This document shows, in pieces, positions 1 through 33,379 of a DNA stretch of 64,000 nucleotides. The DNA comes from Euglena gracilis (taxonomy: Eukaryota). Where the stretch lies: contig CP154954.1 in assembly GCA_039621445.1 (NCBI GenBank), positions 43,274,632 to 43,338,631 of the forward strand. Reading direction: 5' to 3'. The first letter of the stretch is position 1, and the number at the start of each line of letters is the position of its first letter. A program made the translations under genes and the position numbers. The notes below the pieces were generated by a model. That model had not been told where the DNA came from and made no database searches. It worked only from the letters and a program-made list of their open reading frames with translations.

Positions 1-765
1 CGAAGCGCCGAAGGAAAAGCTTTATTGTTTTTGGAACCTGAAAAATGATGTTTTTTTTCGGTCTGGGTTGGTCAAGGAAAAATCCAGAAATAAAAGCTCC
101 CCCCATCCCCCAAAATAAGACACCCACTGAGGTTTCCAGCAACGGACCCAGAAATACCACCCGGGTCTTATTTGGGGGGGGGGGGTATTGTTTTGGAGGG
201 AATATATTTGCGAAATATTTCGTGATTCTCTGGGGAGAAATTTTTGCCCCGAATTGTATTTATCATGTTGAACACCATCAAATCAATGATGGTGCAATTT
301 GCATATCAGAAACGTGCATTTTTGTATTTTATTTGCATATATAACATATATTTCACGTATAGACATCATTTATATCATATATGTATGATTCCTCGCAAAA
401 AAAATGGTTCCAACTCTCAGGAAAAAAGAATTTCTATGGCGGGCAGTGAGAAAATCAGGAGGGGGGCATTATTATTATACGGGGCCGAAGTTGTTTTGGG
501 GGTTACCACTTTTTTGTTTTTCTGGCAGAAGTGCCTAAGTTTCCCCATGCCTTTTTATCAGGGAAACTGCCCAACTCTTTCCGGGCCATTTCAAGGGATT
601 TGCCCGTCTTTTCCCGCCACCCACTTGGTCGGAACCAATCACACCTTTGCCCAGTCCACCCCCCCCCAGTACCGATTTGGTTTTCCAACTTTTCACATAC
701 CAGGGCGTCGCCCACACTCCACCACATCACCCCTCCATCGGCCCCTTCGGCCCCCTCTCCCGCAG

Positions 766-2015
766 ACCAACTCCACCTATGGCTGCACCGTGGCCCAGGC
801 CGTGTCAGCGAGGCCCCGGCCCGCTGCGCCGGTCGAGAGGGCGGGCGGGGGGAGGGGGCGGGCAGATGGACTGGTGCCGGGAGGTGTGGGGGGGCTCCAG
901 TTGGTGGTCTGCCGATGCCACCGTGGCGTCCGCGTCGGCGTCAGGCACCCTTGGATGGATCTTGGATGGGGGGGGGGGGGACCTGGGCACGGCCTGCAGC
1001 GGATCCGGTGTTCTACCCGACGCACGTTGGCAACTGGAAGGGCCGGGCAGGCGTTGGTTTTTTGTGGAGATGCTGCAGAATAGCCCACAGAAAGGATGTC
1101 AGGTGGCCAATACATGGTGCACATGGACGGGGATGTGACCCTGACATGAGCCATGTTCTGTTTGCATGATGGTGGTATTTGTTTGCTTTGATACTTGCCC
1201 CTGGGCTGACACACTCCGGAGCCTTGGTTTCCCAGCATTGCCCACTGAAGAAATTTCTGCAAATTGCCCGTTTTGAGTAGTTCAGGGGCGTTGCCGAAAA
1301 TGAACCGGGGTGGGGGGGGGACTGATTCCACCGATGCCTGAGGACAACAGTTCCAGCCGTTGTCAGCCACGGTCCTGAACGACGGCTGCTGCTTCGGCTG
1401 CTGCCGCAACATCCCCCGCTGGCAGCAGTCCCTCGTGCTCTTCGCCCAGCGCCGAGGGGGCCCCGGCGCCGCAACAGACAGGAGGCAACACCCGGCAGTC
1501 CAAATGTCCAGATTCAGTGTGCAGTGCTATTTCAAATGATGCGGGTGTGTGCGCCGGCCGGCCCAATCGGAGCCTCCGTGGTCTCAGGTCAATCTTGGAC
1601 AACGCGGGAGGAGTGTTTATCAACCAGTGTTCGTTTGAAGCGAAAAAGGTTCCGTCCGTGGGGCATCGGCGGTGAAACCCCGGCCTCGAGGGGGCTGCTC
1701 CGCGGGATTGGCACCCCGCCGCACTCCGCCCGCACCGGCGGCGCTCGGGGGGCCCCTCCCCCCACGACCGGCTGCCGGTCACCAACGTTGAGATCCGCCA
1801 CTCCGGGGCCCCCGGCGAGTGGCTGCTGGTGGAGCCCCTGCCGCGGCCCCGGGCACGGGCCCCGCCCCCCTTCCCCCCCCTCCGGGCTGTGGTGGCCGGG
1901 GCTCCCTTGTCCTCCCCCCACGTTGTGCGTGTGCACACACACACACGACACATGCACACGCAGCAAAGCACAAACACACGCATACACACAACCCACCATA
2001 CCGCGCACACGCACA

Positions 2016-2069
<54 letters not shown>

Positions 2070-2154
2070 GAATTATGACCGTACCAATGTGGATACAACG
2101 CTGGGAGGGGTGTCTTCCGGCGCGCGGCCGTCCCCAGCCCTGTGGTTGCAGTAG
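766..2154 (+). CDS. 3' exons of a secreted COLFI/CASPR-type fibrinogen-like domain protein (duplicate of the gene at 49997-55621)
   Basis: Hand-spliced exons read [29 protein letters not shown]..|[73 protein letters not shown]. The last junction is ambiguous. Confidence 0.75.
1451..1763 (+). other. Nonconventional (euglenid-type) intron
   Basis: CAGC|gccGAGGGGGCCCC...GGGGCCCCTCccccc|ACGAC. Y|R..Y|R junctions, +4..+6 GAG pairs with -8..-6 CTC, and removal joins Q-H-D-R-L-P in frame. Same intron at 54926-55238. Confidence 0.85.
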
Positions 2155-2772
2155 CTACCCACCGCCAACACCCGACGCTGCTGCAGCGACGGGGCACGCC
2201 GGAGGAGGTCGCCGAGGCAGTCGCATCGCCGCCCATCCCCGCCCCCGCCCCCAAAGAACGCGAGCCGTCTCGATGTGTGGACTGAACCAATCTTCGCTGT
2301 ATGTCCGATCGGAAGTGGACCTTCGGACGTTGCAGGTCTTCGTTGCTGGCAGCGTTGTGTGCCACTGATGCACTTTTTTCCAAATTCCAAAGAAGCTTTT
2401 GCTGTTGGAGCCACAATAAACAGGTTTCATTTGTAAGAATATTTAGTTTCGTTACAAATGTCCGTTTCGAAAGGAAGAAGAAAGTCCCCCAAGGAAATTC
2501 TCGTTTTTCAAATTCCATTTCTTCCCATTTCATCACACCCAAGGATTTGTTTTACTCAAAGTCAATGCAAAGGGGATGCTCAAAGTCTTTGATTTCCTTC
2601 CTTTGTTTGGAAAGGGCGTGTTTATGGTACCTTTTCATTCTCTTCTCTGAAACGTGAGTGATTGAACTCCTCCAGTGACAGCAGCAAAATTAAAACTTTT
2701 GGACGTTTTTGGGGGGCAGGTGGACGCTCTGTGGTCCCCCATCCTGGGCCGCATTGCAGTTGCAATTGGAAT

Positions 2773-3056
2773 CAGGCTTGTGCTTAGTCGGGTGCCTACC
2801 CCACGGGGGGGGGGGTGCTAGGGGCAGGCACCCCATACCCCCCGATCCCCCCCCCCGGGGGGGGGGGGGGTAGGGTTTTGGGGGGTGCCTGCCCCCAGCA
2901 GGCACCCCCATGGCCCGGAAAAGGCCATTTTTAATGAAAATTTTCTGGGTCCGGCCCGGACCCCTATCCCCCCCCCGGGGGGGTGCGTGCTAGGGGCAGG
3001 CACCCTATAGCACCCACCCACCCCCCTCCCCCCCCCGGTCGGTAAGCACAAGCATG
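2773..3056. mobile_element. hAT-like MITE (family A)
   Basis: TIR CAGGCTTGTGCTTA / TAAGCACAAGCATG; 8-bp TSD ATTGGAAT at 2765-2772 and 3057-3064. Confidence 0.88.
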
Positions 3057-4375
3057 ATTGGAATGTCCGAAGTCCAAAACCAGCAAAAAAATGTCAGCCC
3101 CGGCTCAAACCCTCAAGCCACTCTCCCACAGTTGGTTGCCCCTCGCCCCGAGTCCAAAAGGGCACGTGGTCAGTGGGATCCAAATAACACAAATAAAAAT
3201 TTGTGCCGAAGGGTCGAGGACACCCCCCACGGGGGTTACCCGTTGGGCTGGGAACCGTCGCCTCACCGCTCCCTGCCACAGGTCCCGCCCACCATGGTCG
3301 CCGGGATCCCGCAACGCCCAAAGCCGTCGTCCGATGGCTTCGGTCCGATGGTGGAGTTGGGGGCGGCGGTGGGCCCAGTGACGTGCGAGGGTCAGAGCCG
3401 GACGACAGACGTGAGGATGGGGCATCTCGTGGTGTTGGAAATGTGCGACGATGTGTGTAACTTTGCATATTTCTGGTCCTCCAACCCACCCAGATGAGCG
3501 AATGAGTGAGGCCCCCCCCCCACTGCCCACCACCGATATTAACAGGACTCTGAGGGGGGGATTCCTATGGGGGGGAAACCCCAAACCCTTGGGCCTGAAC
3601 CAGTTGACCTAATTTTAAGCAACCCCCCAGGAATCAGTGAAAATTCCAAATTTAAGCAACCCCCAAATTTGAGGTAAATTGAAAGGGAAATGTAAGAAAA
3701 TATGAAAACAAAGAAAATTTAAACAAACAACGATAGCCTAGTTTCAGGGGGAAACTCAAAACAGTTGAGCCTGTGCCGTTTTTGGGACGTTTTTATGTTG
3801 TGACATGCATTTCCGCTCTGAAACAAACATCCAGCCTCCCATTATTTGAACAAGGAGGCACATTTTTCTGTTGACTGTTTGGTCCGAATTTAAGCAATTC
3901 GATATGGCAAACCCCAAATTGAAGCAACCCTGCGAGCGCATCGGCTGAAACCCAAACTTTAAACAATGCGCTGCCAAAATTTGGGGGTTTCTCCTTGAGT
4001 CAAGGATGACGGAAATGAAAGGGTTGCTTGTTTTCAAAAATTGGGGGGGGGGGTTAACTCCTGACAATCAAAGATTTTCAGCCAGTTTGCGGAATTCTTT
4101 CAGCGCAGCCAATGCCCACACCTCCTGGTGCAGGACCGCTGACCCCCAGCGGGAAAATAGAAGCCTGCTTCAGGGCTTGGACACTTTAGGGGTAAATGGG
4201 GCAGGAAACCAGGGGGGGGGGGTGCAGAGTAAGCGCCAGTGTTTTTTTTTTGCATACTGTGTGTTCAGTTTTGTTCGTGTATTTTTGCGGATGTGCGTGC
4301 ATTTCCCGCTGGTTTCGGTGCGGTGTGCAATTTTCTTTTCTCGTGGTTTTCCTTTGTCGGCCTCCCGCGCCGCCC

Positions 4376-7300
4376 ATGCTGGCAGACAGTGCGGCCCGGC
4401 CCTGGCGGGGACCTGCGGGCGCGGGGGGTGGGCGGGCTGCACCGCGGCGCCCTGCACTGGGCGTGCAGCACCGGCCGCAGCGACCTCGTGGCGGCGCTGC
4501 TGGAGGGCGGCGCGAAGTGGGCGGCGGTGGACCCCCACGGCTGGACGGCGCTGCACTGGGCCGGTGTGTGTGGCCGGCTCCTGAGCCTCCTCGTGTCCGT
4601 TGGTTTCCACGTGTGTGCTGTGCGTGGTGTGTGTGGTGTGCCCTCCCACCATGCAACGTTGCTCTATTTCTTTCTAGTCTGTTTCTATTTCTATATCTGT
4701 TCTGTTGTTTTGTTTCATGGTTGCGTAGAGGGCAAACTCCTCGCCTGCAGAACCTCCAGGTCGTCTGCATTCTCCGAAGTCAACTGATGGCAAAAAAAGG
4801 CAATGATTTTTCTCTAGCTTGGGTCTGTGGTCTGATGTCTATTGGAACCCCCAGTCCTGTTTGCTGGTCGACTTTTTCCAAGCTCTCTTCTCACATACAA
4901 ACACAAATTGATATTCACATGCATGTACATGTACACACACATCTATCTTCACAGACAGATCAACACGTACATATGCGGGTATACACACGCGAGAGCACAA
5001 TGCACCCACACATCGGGTGTGCATGTGTCAGCACGCACAGCCGACTGTGGACCCCCTTCATCCATTGTGAATTGCACAGTGAACAACCGGCACGCCGCCT
5101 GCGCCAAGGCGCTGCTGGAGCGGCACCCGGCGCTGCTGGCCTTCAACGGCAGGGCCCCCGCCCGGCCGCCCTCCTCGACACGGCGGCGGAGGCGCTGCTG
5201 CAGGACCCGGCCGTCAGTGACAGCCCCCGCCGTGCAGCTCTCGGAGCGGTGTGTGTGCGACGGGCACCGGAAGCTCGCATGGAGTTCATTCCCCGCATTT
5301 TTTATATTTGATTTGTCGTTCTTCTGATGCCTGTAAAGAACAAACACTGTGGCGGCATATTGTGGGACTTCGTTTTCAAAACAGCATTTTGTTTGCATTT
5401 AGAAATTGAATGCAACCTTAAAAACACATGCTACATAAATATACAATAGATATTCTCAGCAAATTTGGTAGAATAGTGTTTTTAGGGGAGTCATGGTTCC
5501 CCCCCCCCCACACGCTAGACCAACTGGGACCGACTTAGAGAGCCCATCGTGTCGCTCCAAAGTTTCAGAAGTCTTATCACCAGGAATGGCACCCAACCAA
5601 TGAAACGTTGACGAAACTGACGTTTTCCGGTGTGTCACTTGGATGCACAAAATCGGGAACCTCGGGTCACATCATTTGGCGAATATTTTCGGCGGTGCGG
5701 GGAGTGCCGGCCCGTGTCTCAGTGTGGGTCGCGTGCCGCGCAGGGCGGGGGCCGGCGGGCGGGGCCCGCAGGAGGACATCTGGGACCAGGCGGAGCGCGG
5801 GGACGTCCTGGGCCTGCTCCGCTGCCTGCAGCCCCACCGCCCCTGTCCACACACCGCCCGGCCGGGGAGGGGCCCCGCAGCCCCCTCCGGGGTGACGGAA
5901 AGTCCCACAAGTTCCCACATGGGATTCCCTTCAAGCATAAGTTGCACCGCCGTATATGAAGAGCACCCTTCTTTGATAAACTTGCTGAGGAAAATGCAAT
6001 GCCCACCTGCACGCATGCACTCGCTCGCACGCACGCAGGCACGCAAAATTATCACAAACACTTTTTCCCGCACGTGCACACACGCGCACACACGCCGGCA
6101 TACACAAACACATGTACGCACGCGCGCGCAGACACACACAACTCACTCACACAACACACACACACACACACACATTACACACACATACAACAAACACACA
6201 CACGACACACACAACACACAACACACACAACACAAAACACGCACGTGCACACACACCACACACACAGCACACACAACACACACACAACAACAACAACAAC
6301 AACAACACACACACACACACACAACACACACACACACACATCACCAGGGTCAGGAAGTACGTGCTCATTTTGCGCGTATTTCCCATTTTTAGCCCTTATT
6401 TGGCTTATTTGGCCAAAAGGTGTTTTTTCGCATTTTTCCGCTTATTCAGCGCTTATTCCGAGTTTTTCAAAGGAGTTTTCCACCACATATTTGCCCATTT
6501 CTACATAATTTGACCACATATTTCGGGTCGATTTGGACAGAGAGGAAACTGATATCTGCAGCTTTGCACAATTTTCTGCCATTTCAGCAATTTTCCACAA
6601 GTTTCCGCAGTTTTGTTCAATTTTTGCAAGTTTTCCTTTTCCGCAAATTTTCTGTATGAATCTGAAATGGAAGGTGAAATGAGTCCCAGACTTTCCTCGA
6701 AGTTCATAAGAAACCAATTATTTATTTGCTAATTTCTTGCAGAATTTGCAACTTTTTCCAAATTTTGCCAATTTTGGCAAATGTGCAAGGTTTTTGGCCT
6801 TTTTGTGTTTTGTTTTTTTTTGGATTTCTACGGGAAAATGATTTTGATTTATCAGGAAAGTTTTCGGATTTTTGCCGATTTTTCCTTGAGACCAAAATTT
6901 TTCACCTTTTTTTGCCATTTTTGGGCTTTTTTGGATTTCTGCAGGAAAATGATTTCTGATTTCGATTTGGAAAAAATTTTCAGATTTAGCAGATTTTTCC
7001 CAGAGACTAAATTTTTCTTCAAATTTTTTTCTTTTTTGTTTTTTTTTTTTTATTACCAAACAATTTCCATTTTTTTGGAATCAGCATGTTCCAAAACTTC
7101 CAATAAAACATTTTTTGGAGTTTTTTTGTTGTGTGAAGTGTAAATGAGGGTGTCCACGACAGGTCCGCCCCCTGCCAGCATCGAGCAACTGGTGCGAGTC
7201 CCGTTCTTCCCTGCGTGCTAGTGAATTGCTGACCCGTTTATCTACCTATGAATAAGAGTGCACAAATGCCTATGCGGCTCTCTCTCTCCATGGATGGGGT

Positions 7301-8885
7301 TGACAAGTTGATTGATTGATGTAAGGGGGGTGAATTGCCGGAGGCAGACAGTCGACAGTCAAGCACACACGTGCACGCACATGCGGAAAGAGATGATGAC
7401 GAAAGAAGCCAACAGGGGTAAGTGTTTTGGTGGGGTTGAGCGGGACGTGGTTCTGTGTTGAAACAATGCTGAAGACCAGAAAGCCGTCATTGATTTCGAG
7501 TTCAGTTCTCTGGGAAGGATAGAGAGGGCCGCTGGGTAGTTCCGCTTTCCCCATCCGCTGACCCCACACCGCCTGTCCTTCCCTGACCCCAGTGACCCCT
7601 CAGCCCCCTCGGCCCCCCAGAACAGCCGTCACGCATCGCTTGGCTCACGGTCGGAGAGGCAACGCTGGACAGGGTGTGGCGTGAAAGTGCATTTTCATAC
7701 TCTGGTGTCTGTCCCGTCGCTGAGAGGAAAGGCATCCTCCACCTCTTCACCCCCCCCCTGCCCCTGTCCCCATCCAACTTTTTTTGGCAATCGTGCAGCC
7801 CAGCGTTTCATCGCCACCGCCCCACCGATTACCAGCAAACACCTTTTTTTTTTGCAGGTCACCCCCGACTTCAGCCCCCCCCCCCCCCGAAACTGTCCTC
7901 AACCCTCAATATTTGTTGGCATCTCCTCCGGGAACGATCTCCTGTCCTTGTACCGTCCAGCAGCCGGCCGGACCCCGACCCATCCACCCAGAGGGGGGTC
8001 CAACAAACACCTGTTTCCTCCAGCCGGGGAACCTCACTGCGAAGTGACGCCCTGGTTTGGCTGATTTGTCAGTTCAGGAAGTTGCACAGGGTCCCTGGAA
8101 CTGGCCGACCTGTCGGATGACAGCCTCCCAGCGGAGAGGGGGGTAGGTACCATCCCCTCCCCCAGACAGTGCAATTATCTCCCTCCAACCAAAATGGCCG
8201 AATCTGCTCATTTGGGTGATTTTCCAATGGAGATATGCGAAAATCCTGTTCCACGTCAACAACTGCTCGAGGCACGGACACATTTGACACAAATATATAT
8301 CAAACATATTGCATGCATTCTTGTGGTCTCTTAGTTCCACCTGCTCCCTACTTTTGAAAAGCAATGTGTGCACTGCGAAAATGTCATGCCAGCGGTATAT
8401 GGGGAAAGTCTCATCTGCAACAATAGGAAGATTTTGCAAAAAAAAAAGCAGTGTTAACTTGGGTTCACTCTTTCCAGGGCTGTATGGGAATTCCCGAAAC
8501 CCTGTGGGGCGTGGATGGGGGCGGTCGACCTCCCCCCCCCCCCCATGGGCCTTCCCTAATTTCCAGGGCGCCAATTTCGGTCAAAAAAATTCTTCAATGC
8601 CTTCGGCGCCGAAGAATTTTTCCCTGAGGGTGCTGGTAAGTGGGGGGGGGGGGGGTCCCCCCACCTCCCGGATTGGGGTGCGAGTCGACCACCCCCCCCC
8701 AGCTTTCCGTACAGTCCTGACTCTTCCCAGCTTGAATCTCAATCTGAACAGCGACATCCTGTCATCCCCTCCTCTTTTCCCACTTTCGGGCAAATATATC
8801 TGAAGTGATTTTTCCATGCCAGCAAAGGAGATTTCATGATAATGAAGCGTTTGACCACATCTCCAAGCCTGCCAGCCTCGCTGAG
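4376..8885 (+). CDS. Ankyrin-repeat protein (multi-exon; 3' end uncertain)
   Basis: MLAD|GALHWACSTGRSDLVAALLEGGAKWAAVDPHGWTALHWA|VNNRHAACAKALLERHP..., then EDIWDQAERGDVLGLLRCL (about 5772). GxTALHxA ankyrin motifs. Small exons at about 7170, 7620, 8090 and 8730 are tentative. Confidence 0.75.
4388..4445 (+). other. Nonconventional intron (58 nt)
   Basis: GAC|aGTGCGGCCCG...CGGGCTGCACcgc|GGC. Terminal stem, Y|R..Y|R junctions, in-frame join D-G-A-L-H-W. Confidence 0.75.
8475..8719. mobile_element. hAT-like MITE (family B)
   Basis: TIR CAGGGCTGTATGGGAA / TTTCCGTACAGTCCTG; TSD ACTCTTTC/ACTCTTCC (7 of 8 match); internal CTTCGGCGCCGAAG palindrome. Confidence 0.8.
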
Positions 8886-9458
8886 ACGGATTCATTTACC
8901 AACCCCCTCCCTCTAACAGTCTAAGAAACCGTCCTGTACCCTCTGGCCTGTTGACCTGTCCTCATAGGGACCTGTTTCCTACCGTTGTACTCGCCGATTG
9001 TACTGGAGACTGTTTCCCAGGGTGTCGTGGGATATTCATTTTTTGCTTATCTCATAAATCAGGAGTTTTCTGATCCGCGGATCAGAGGAGGTAGGTATGA
9101 TCCCTGCAAGAGGTATGTGCCTCCCGCTTTCTTGCATTGAAGCAAGAGACACTGTCTGTTGTTTTTTTGTTGGCGTTTGGTCCAAGCCCCCCGCCTTGGC
9201 TTGTCCGGTAATACTTTCAACAACCTCCACTGGCCAAATTCAAGCAACTGGCTTGATTCGGGAAGATTTAGATCCCCCCCCCAAAATTGCCCCCTTCCTT
9301 CTCTGGTGACCACTTCCTGGGGGGGTCCGTTCTTGCCCCTTCTGTTTTCCCCCGCTGTGTCGCATTCCCCCCTTCGTCGCGTGCACCCCATCCCCCCCCC
9401 TCCTCCACCGCCGCCCGCCCCATCGCCCAGCCCCCCCCCCTCCCGCCCCACATGTGCG

Positions 9459-24085
<14,627 letters not shown>

Positions 24086-24527
24086 ACCTGACTCTCTCAC
24101 CTCCAAGTGTGTCTGTGTCGTAGCAGTAGGATTAGCAAACACCTCTCTTCCACATTTGTAGATGCCGTGCTCTCTGTACAGCTGATGGTCATAAATCGCA
24201 ATGTCTCCTCGTGGCGGCAGCTGTGAACTGGTATATGACATCCCCATCCAGAAATGGAGGCAAATGTCATGCTTGGTCTGTTCTCTGGTCCCAACGGCTG
24301 TTCTTTTTCCTTCAATTTGGTGATTTTTTGATCTTTCTCTGTGGAGCATGAGCTTTCGCTTATGGGTTATTTGGGGACTTTTAATGTCTCTTCCTGAAGT
24401 CTACAAAAGGTGGTAATTTAATAAATGAAGCTGGTAAAAAGTTATATATATATATATATAACTTTTTATTCATTGTTTTATTTAGTGTTGTTTTATTTTA
24501 TATATATATATATATATATTTTATATG

Positions 24528-24560
<33 letters not shown>

Positions 24561-26066
24561 ATTTATTTTTATTCAGTGTTGCTGAGTTAGTTAGGTGTTA
24601 CATTCCTGAATAACAATGGGAGAAGGCTGAAGATCATCCGCCCCCTTTCCCCAAGGACAAACATGAAAAATGATAAATTTTTCTGGAAAACCGTCTGGCG
24701 ATAAATGTTGTAAATTCATCCAGAATCCCATGCTGTTTCCACAGTCCCCGCACAGATGTCCAAAAGCGCATTCAATGAAAGAAAAATGGTGTTAACACCA
24801 CATTGCCTTCAGACAAGGTAAAAAAAAAAAACGGGTCCGTCAACAGTTTTCAGACATTGTCCAAAATAGAATTGGGGATATTAACCCAAAGGACGATGCA
24901 AAGGAGCAAAAAAAGTTATTTGTGGTGTCCGGGGGGGGGGGGGTGAGAAAAAATACACTTTCTCGGTCATTCTGTTTTCGTTTTGCAACATTGGTGGATG
25001 TATTGAGCCGTCTTCCAACAACAAAAAAAGTGCAGGAACATGAAATTTGCAATTCTGGGAACATGGTGGTTCCAAAAGTAAATATTTTTGGCCCGAAAAT
25101 CAAAAATGACAAAAATTTTGATAAAAAGTTTGGTCTCAGGGAAAATCTGGTCCAGATGCAAAACAAGGCAAATATTTCCCAGAACAACTCAAGGGGAAAA
25201 AAAACAAAAATTACCAAATTGGACAATTTTGACAAAATTTTGCCAAGATTGGGAGAGAATGCAAACAAATGGGAAAGCAAAGCGCCGATGTGCCCCCCCC
25301 GCCTTGTGAATAATTTGTGGAATGGCCGCAACTCATTGCACCTTCAATTGTCCAGTTCATGTGGAAAATGCAGAAAGGGAAAAAATTGCAGAAGAATTTC
25401 GGAGACTGCGGCAGGGGTTTTCTTTGGGACCCCAGGGGGGTCCCACGGGTTGGAAAAAAGGTGCTGGCTGGACCCCCCCAGGGGTTGTGGGTTCGGGGGG
25501 GGGGAGGGGTCCAGCCGGCTGGGAGCTGGACCCGATTGGTACCCCAAAAAGATGCCCCCCAACAGCCTAAATCCAACAAGAATTGGAGGTGAAGAACCAA
25601 AACCACCCAAAATGCCATTTCTGACACCCTTTTCCCAAAAAATTTTCGCCAATTTGTGCCGAAAAAAAATTTCAGTCCTGCCCGGCTGGCCCGAACTTTC
25701 AGCGGACCCCCCCCCCCGGGGGGGTCCCAGCTGGGAGGTGCCGGCTGGAGAAAAGGTGCTGGCTGGCTGGACCCCCCCCTGGGTGGGGCAGGGTCCCCTC
25801 CGGCTTAAAAAAAACCCCGAACAACAGAAAACACAGAAAACTGCGGGAAAATTGCAGATATCAATCAGTCCCCTCCAGAAGAATTGTGTCCATTCCCGAT
25901 ATCATTTTGCCGTAGTTTTTCTGATGGCTTTGGATTTTGGCACAAGAAGCAGCAAACGTTACAGCTGCCACAAAAGCAGGAAGAAATGGGAATGTGAGAA
26001 AATGTGATGTGATGGCGCGTAAAGATAAACTCTTCTGTGTATATGTATGTATACGTACATATACAT

Positions 26067-26587
26067 GGCAGCATCACTCTTAATGCCCCCCAGGCCGTTA
26101 AGAATGATCGGGAGGGGGGTCGTATGGATTACCGGGTCCGACCTTTTTCTTTTCGGGCCCACGGCGCCCCCGAACCGCGCCAAATCCAGGCCACCACCGG
26201 CGGATCCGGGGACGTGTGCGCCTTTTTTTAGGAATAGGGTTAGGGTTAGGATCGGCTTGGCGAAAATCGGCCCTATTTAGGGACAGAGTCAGGCCGGAAG
26301 TTATGCCCCCATTTTGGGGATTTTTTTGATTTTGGGGAACACTTTTTGCCACCTAATTGCCCAAAGTCGACCTATATTCTGCCGAGCTTGGTCTGAAATG
26401 CAACCTAACTTCTCCCTATATTCCTAAGAACGTGAGTCCTCCGGGAATCCGGTCGGAACCCTGGCTTTATCACCTATCCATGGCCCCGACTTTCCCCCAA
26501 ACTTGGTGCCGGGTGTCACTGTCTTCCCCCCCCACGACCACTACTCACCCCCAGGGGGGGGGGGGGGGCAAGTAGTAGGCAGCTGCC
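26067..26587. mobile_element. GGCAGC...GCTGCC element with internal TTAGGG repeats and a 3' hairpin
   Basis: ACAT|GGCAGC ... GCTGCC|ACAT (possible 4-bp TSD); TAGGGTTAGGGTTAGG at about 26236; hairpin CTACT..CCCC/GGGG..AGTAG before the end. Related right ends at 15771 and 17405. Confidence 0.7.
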
Positions 26588-27197
26588 ACATGCATATATA
26601 ATGAATATGTATATTATGAATATGTGATGAATGTAATATGAATATGTGATTTTTACCAAATAACCTTACAGGAGGTTTTGGATTCATTCAAATATATTCT
26701 GTTCCATTGCATGGCACAATGTAGACAAAGGGGTGATTGAAACGGAGTGGCTGAATGGAGGCTTAATCCAACACACAATGTCAGGTATGGCAATGACCAA
26801 AAGCAAAAATCTTGTGCTGTGGAATGGGGAAAATTTCGGGTCATGTATCAACATGGTTTTAGGGGTCCTCTTCGAATCCATCCAGCAGCTGAATTTCGTG
26901 TCAGCCATCTTGTCAAGCCATGTGTCCGAGGCCCACAACACACAAACACAAGCGCGCACAAACACACAGCGGGCACACGCACACACACGCGCGCGCGCGC
27001 GCACGCACGCACGCACACACACAACACCCACCCACCCACCCACGCACGCACACACACACACACACACACAACACCCCTCACACACACACACACACACGAC
27101 ACACAACACACACACACAAAACACGCATGCAACGCAAACCTCTCCTAGCAGTGTCCGCCGTGGTCCCTATTGGCCTCCTGACAGCCCCCCTCGCCAT

Positions 27198-33379
<6,182 letters not shown>

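Larger units (their letters stand above)
1..3972 (+). repeat. Segmental duplication, copy 1 (direct repeat of 53474-57462; runs off the window start)
   Basis: Position 1 (cgaagcgccgaaggaaaag) aligns to 53474. Near identity (scattered SNPs, homopolymer length changes) continues to ...aaacaatgcgct at about 3972/57462. Confidence 0.97.

Noticed and set aside
244-1083. 279-aa ORF, repeated at 53716
   Set aside because: It runs through introns and repeats. Its conservation only reflects the recent duplication, and the frames differ between copies at homopolymers.
3288-3410. Exon-like segment MVAGIPQRPKPSSDGFGPMVELGAAVGPVTCE
   Set aside because: It has AG/GT-like borders but cannot be linked to any gene, and the downstream context differs between the two duplicates.
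24922-26007. 361-aa ORF
   Set aside because: Made of AT-rich repeats plus a MITE-like segment (about 25412-25820, no TSD found); it lacks the codon style of real exons.
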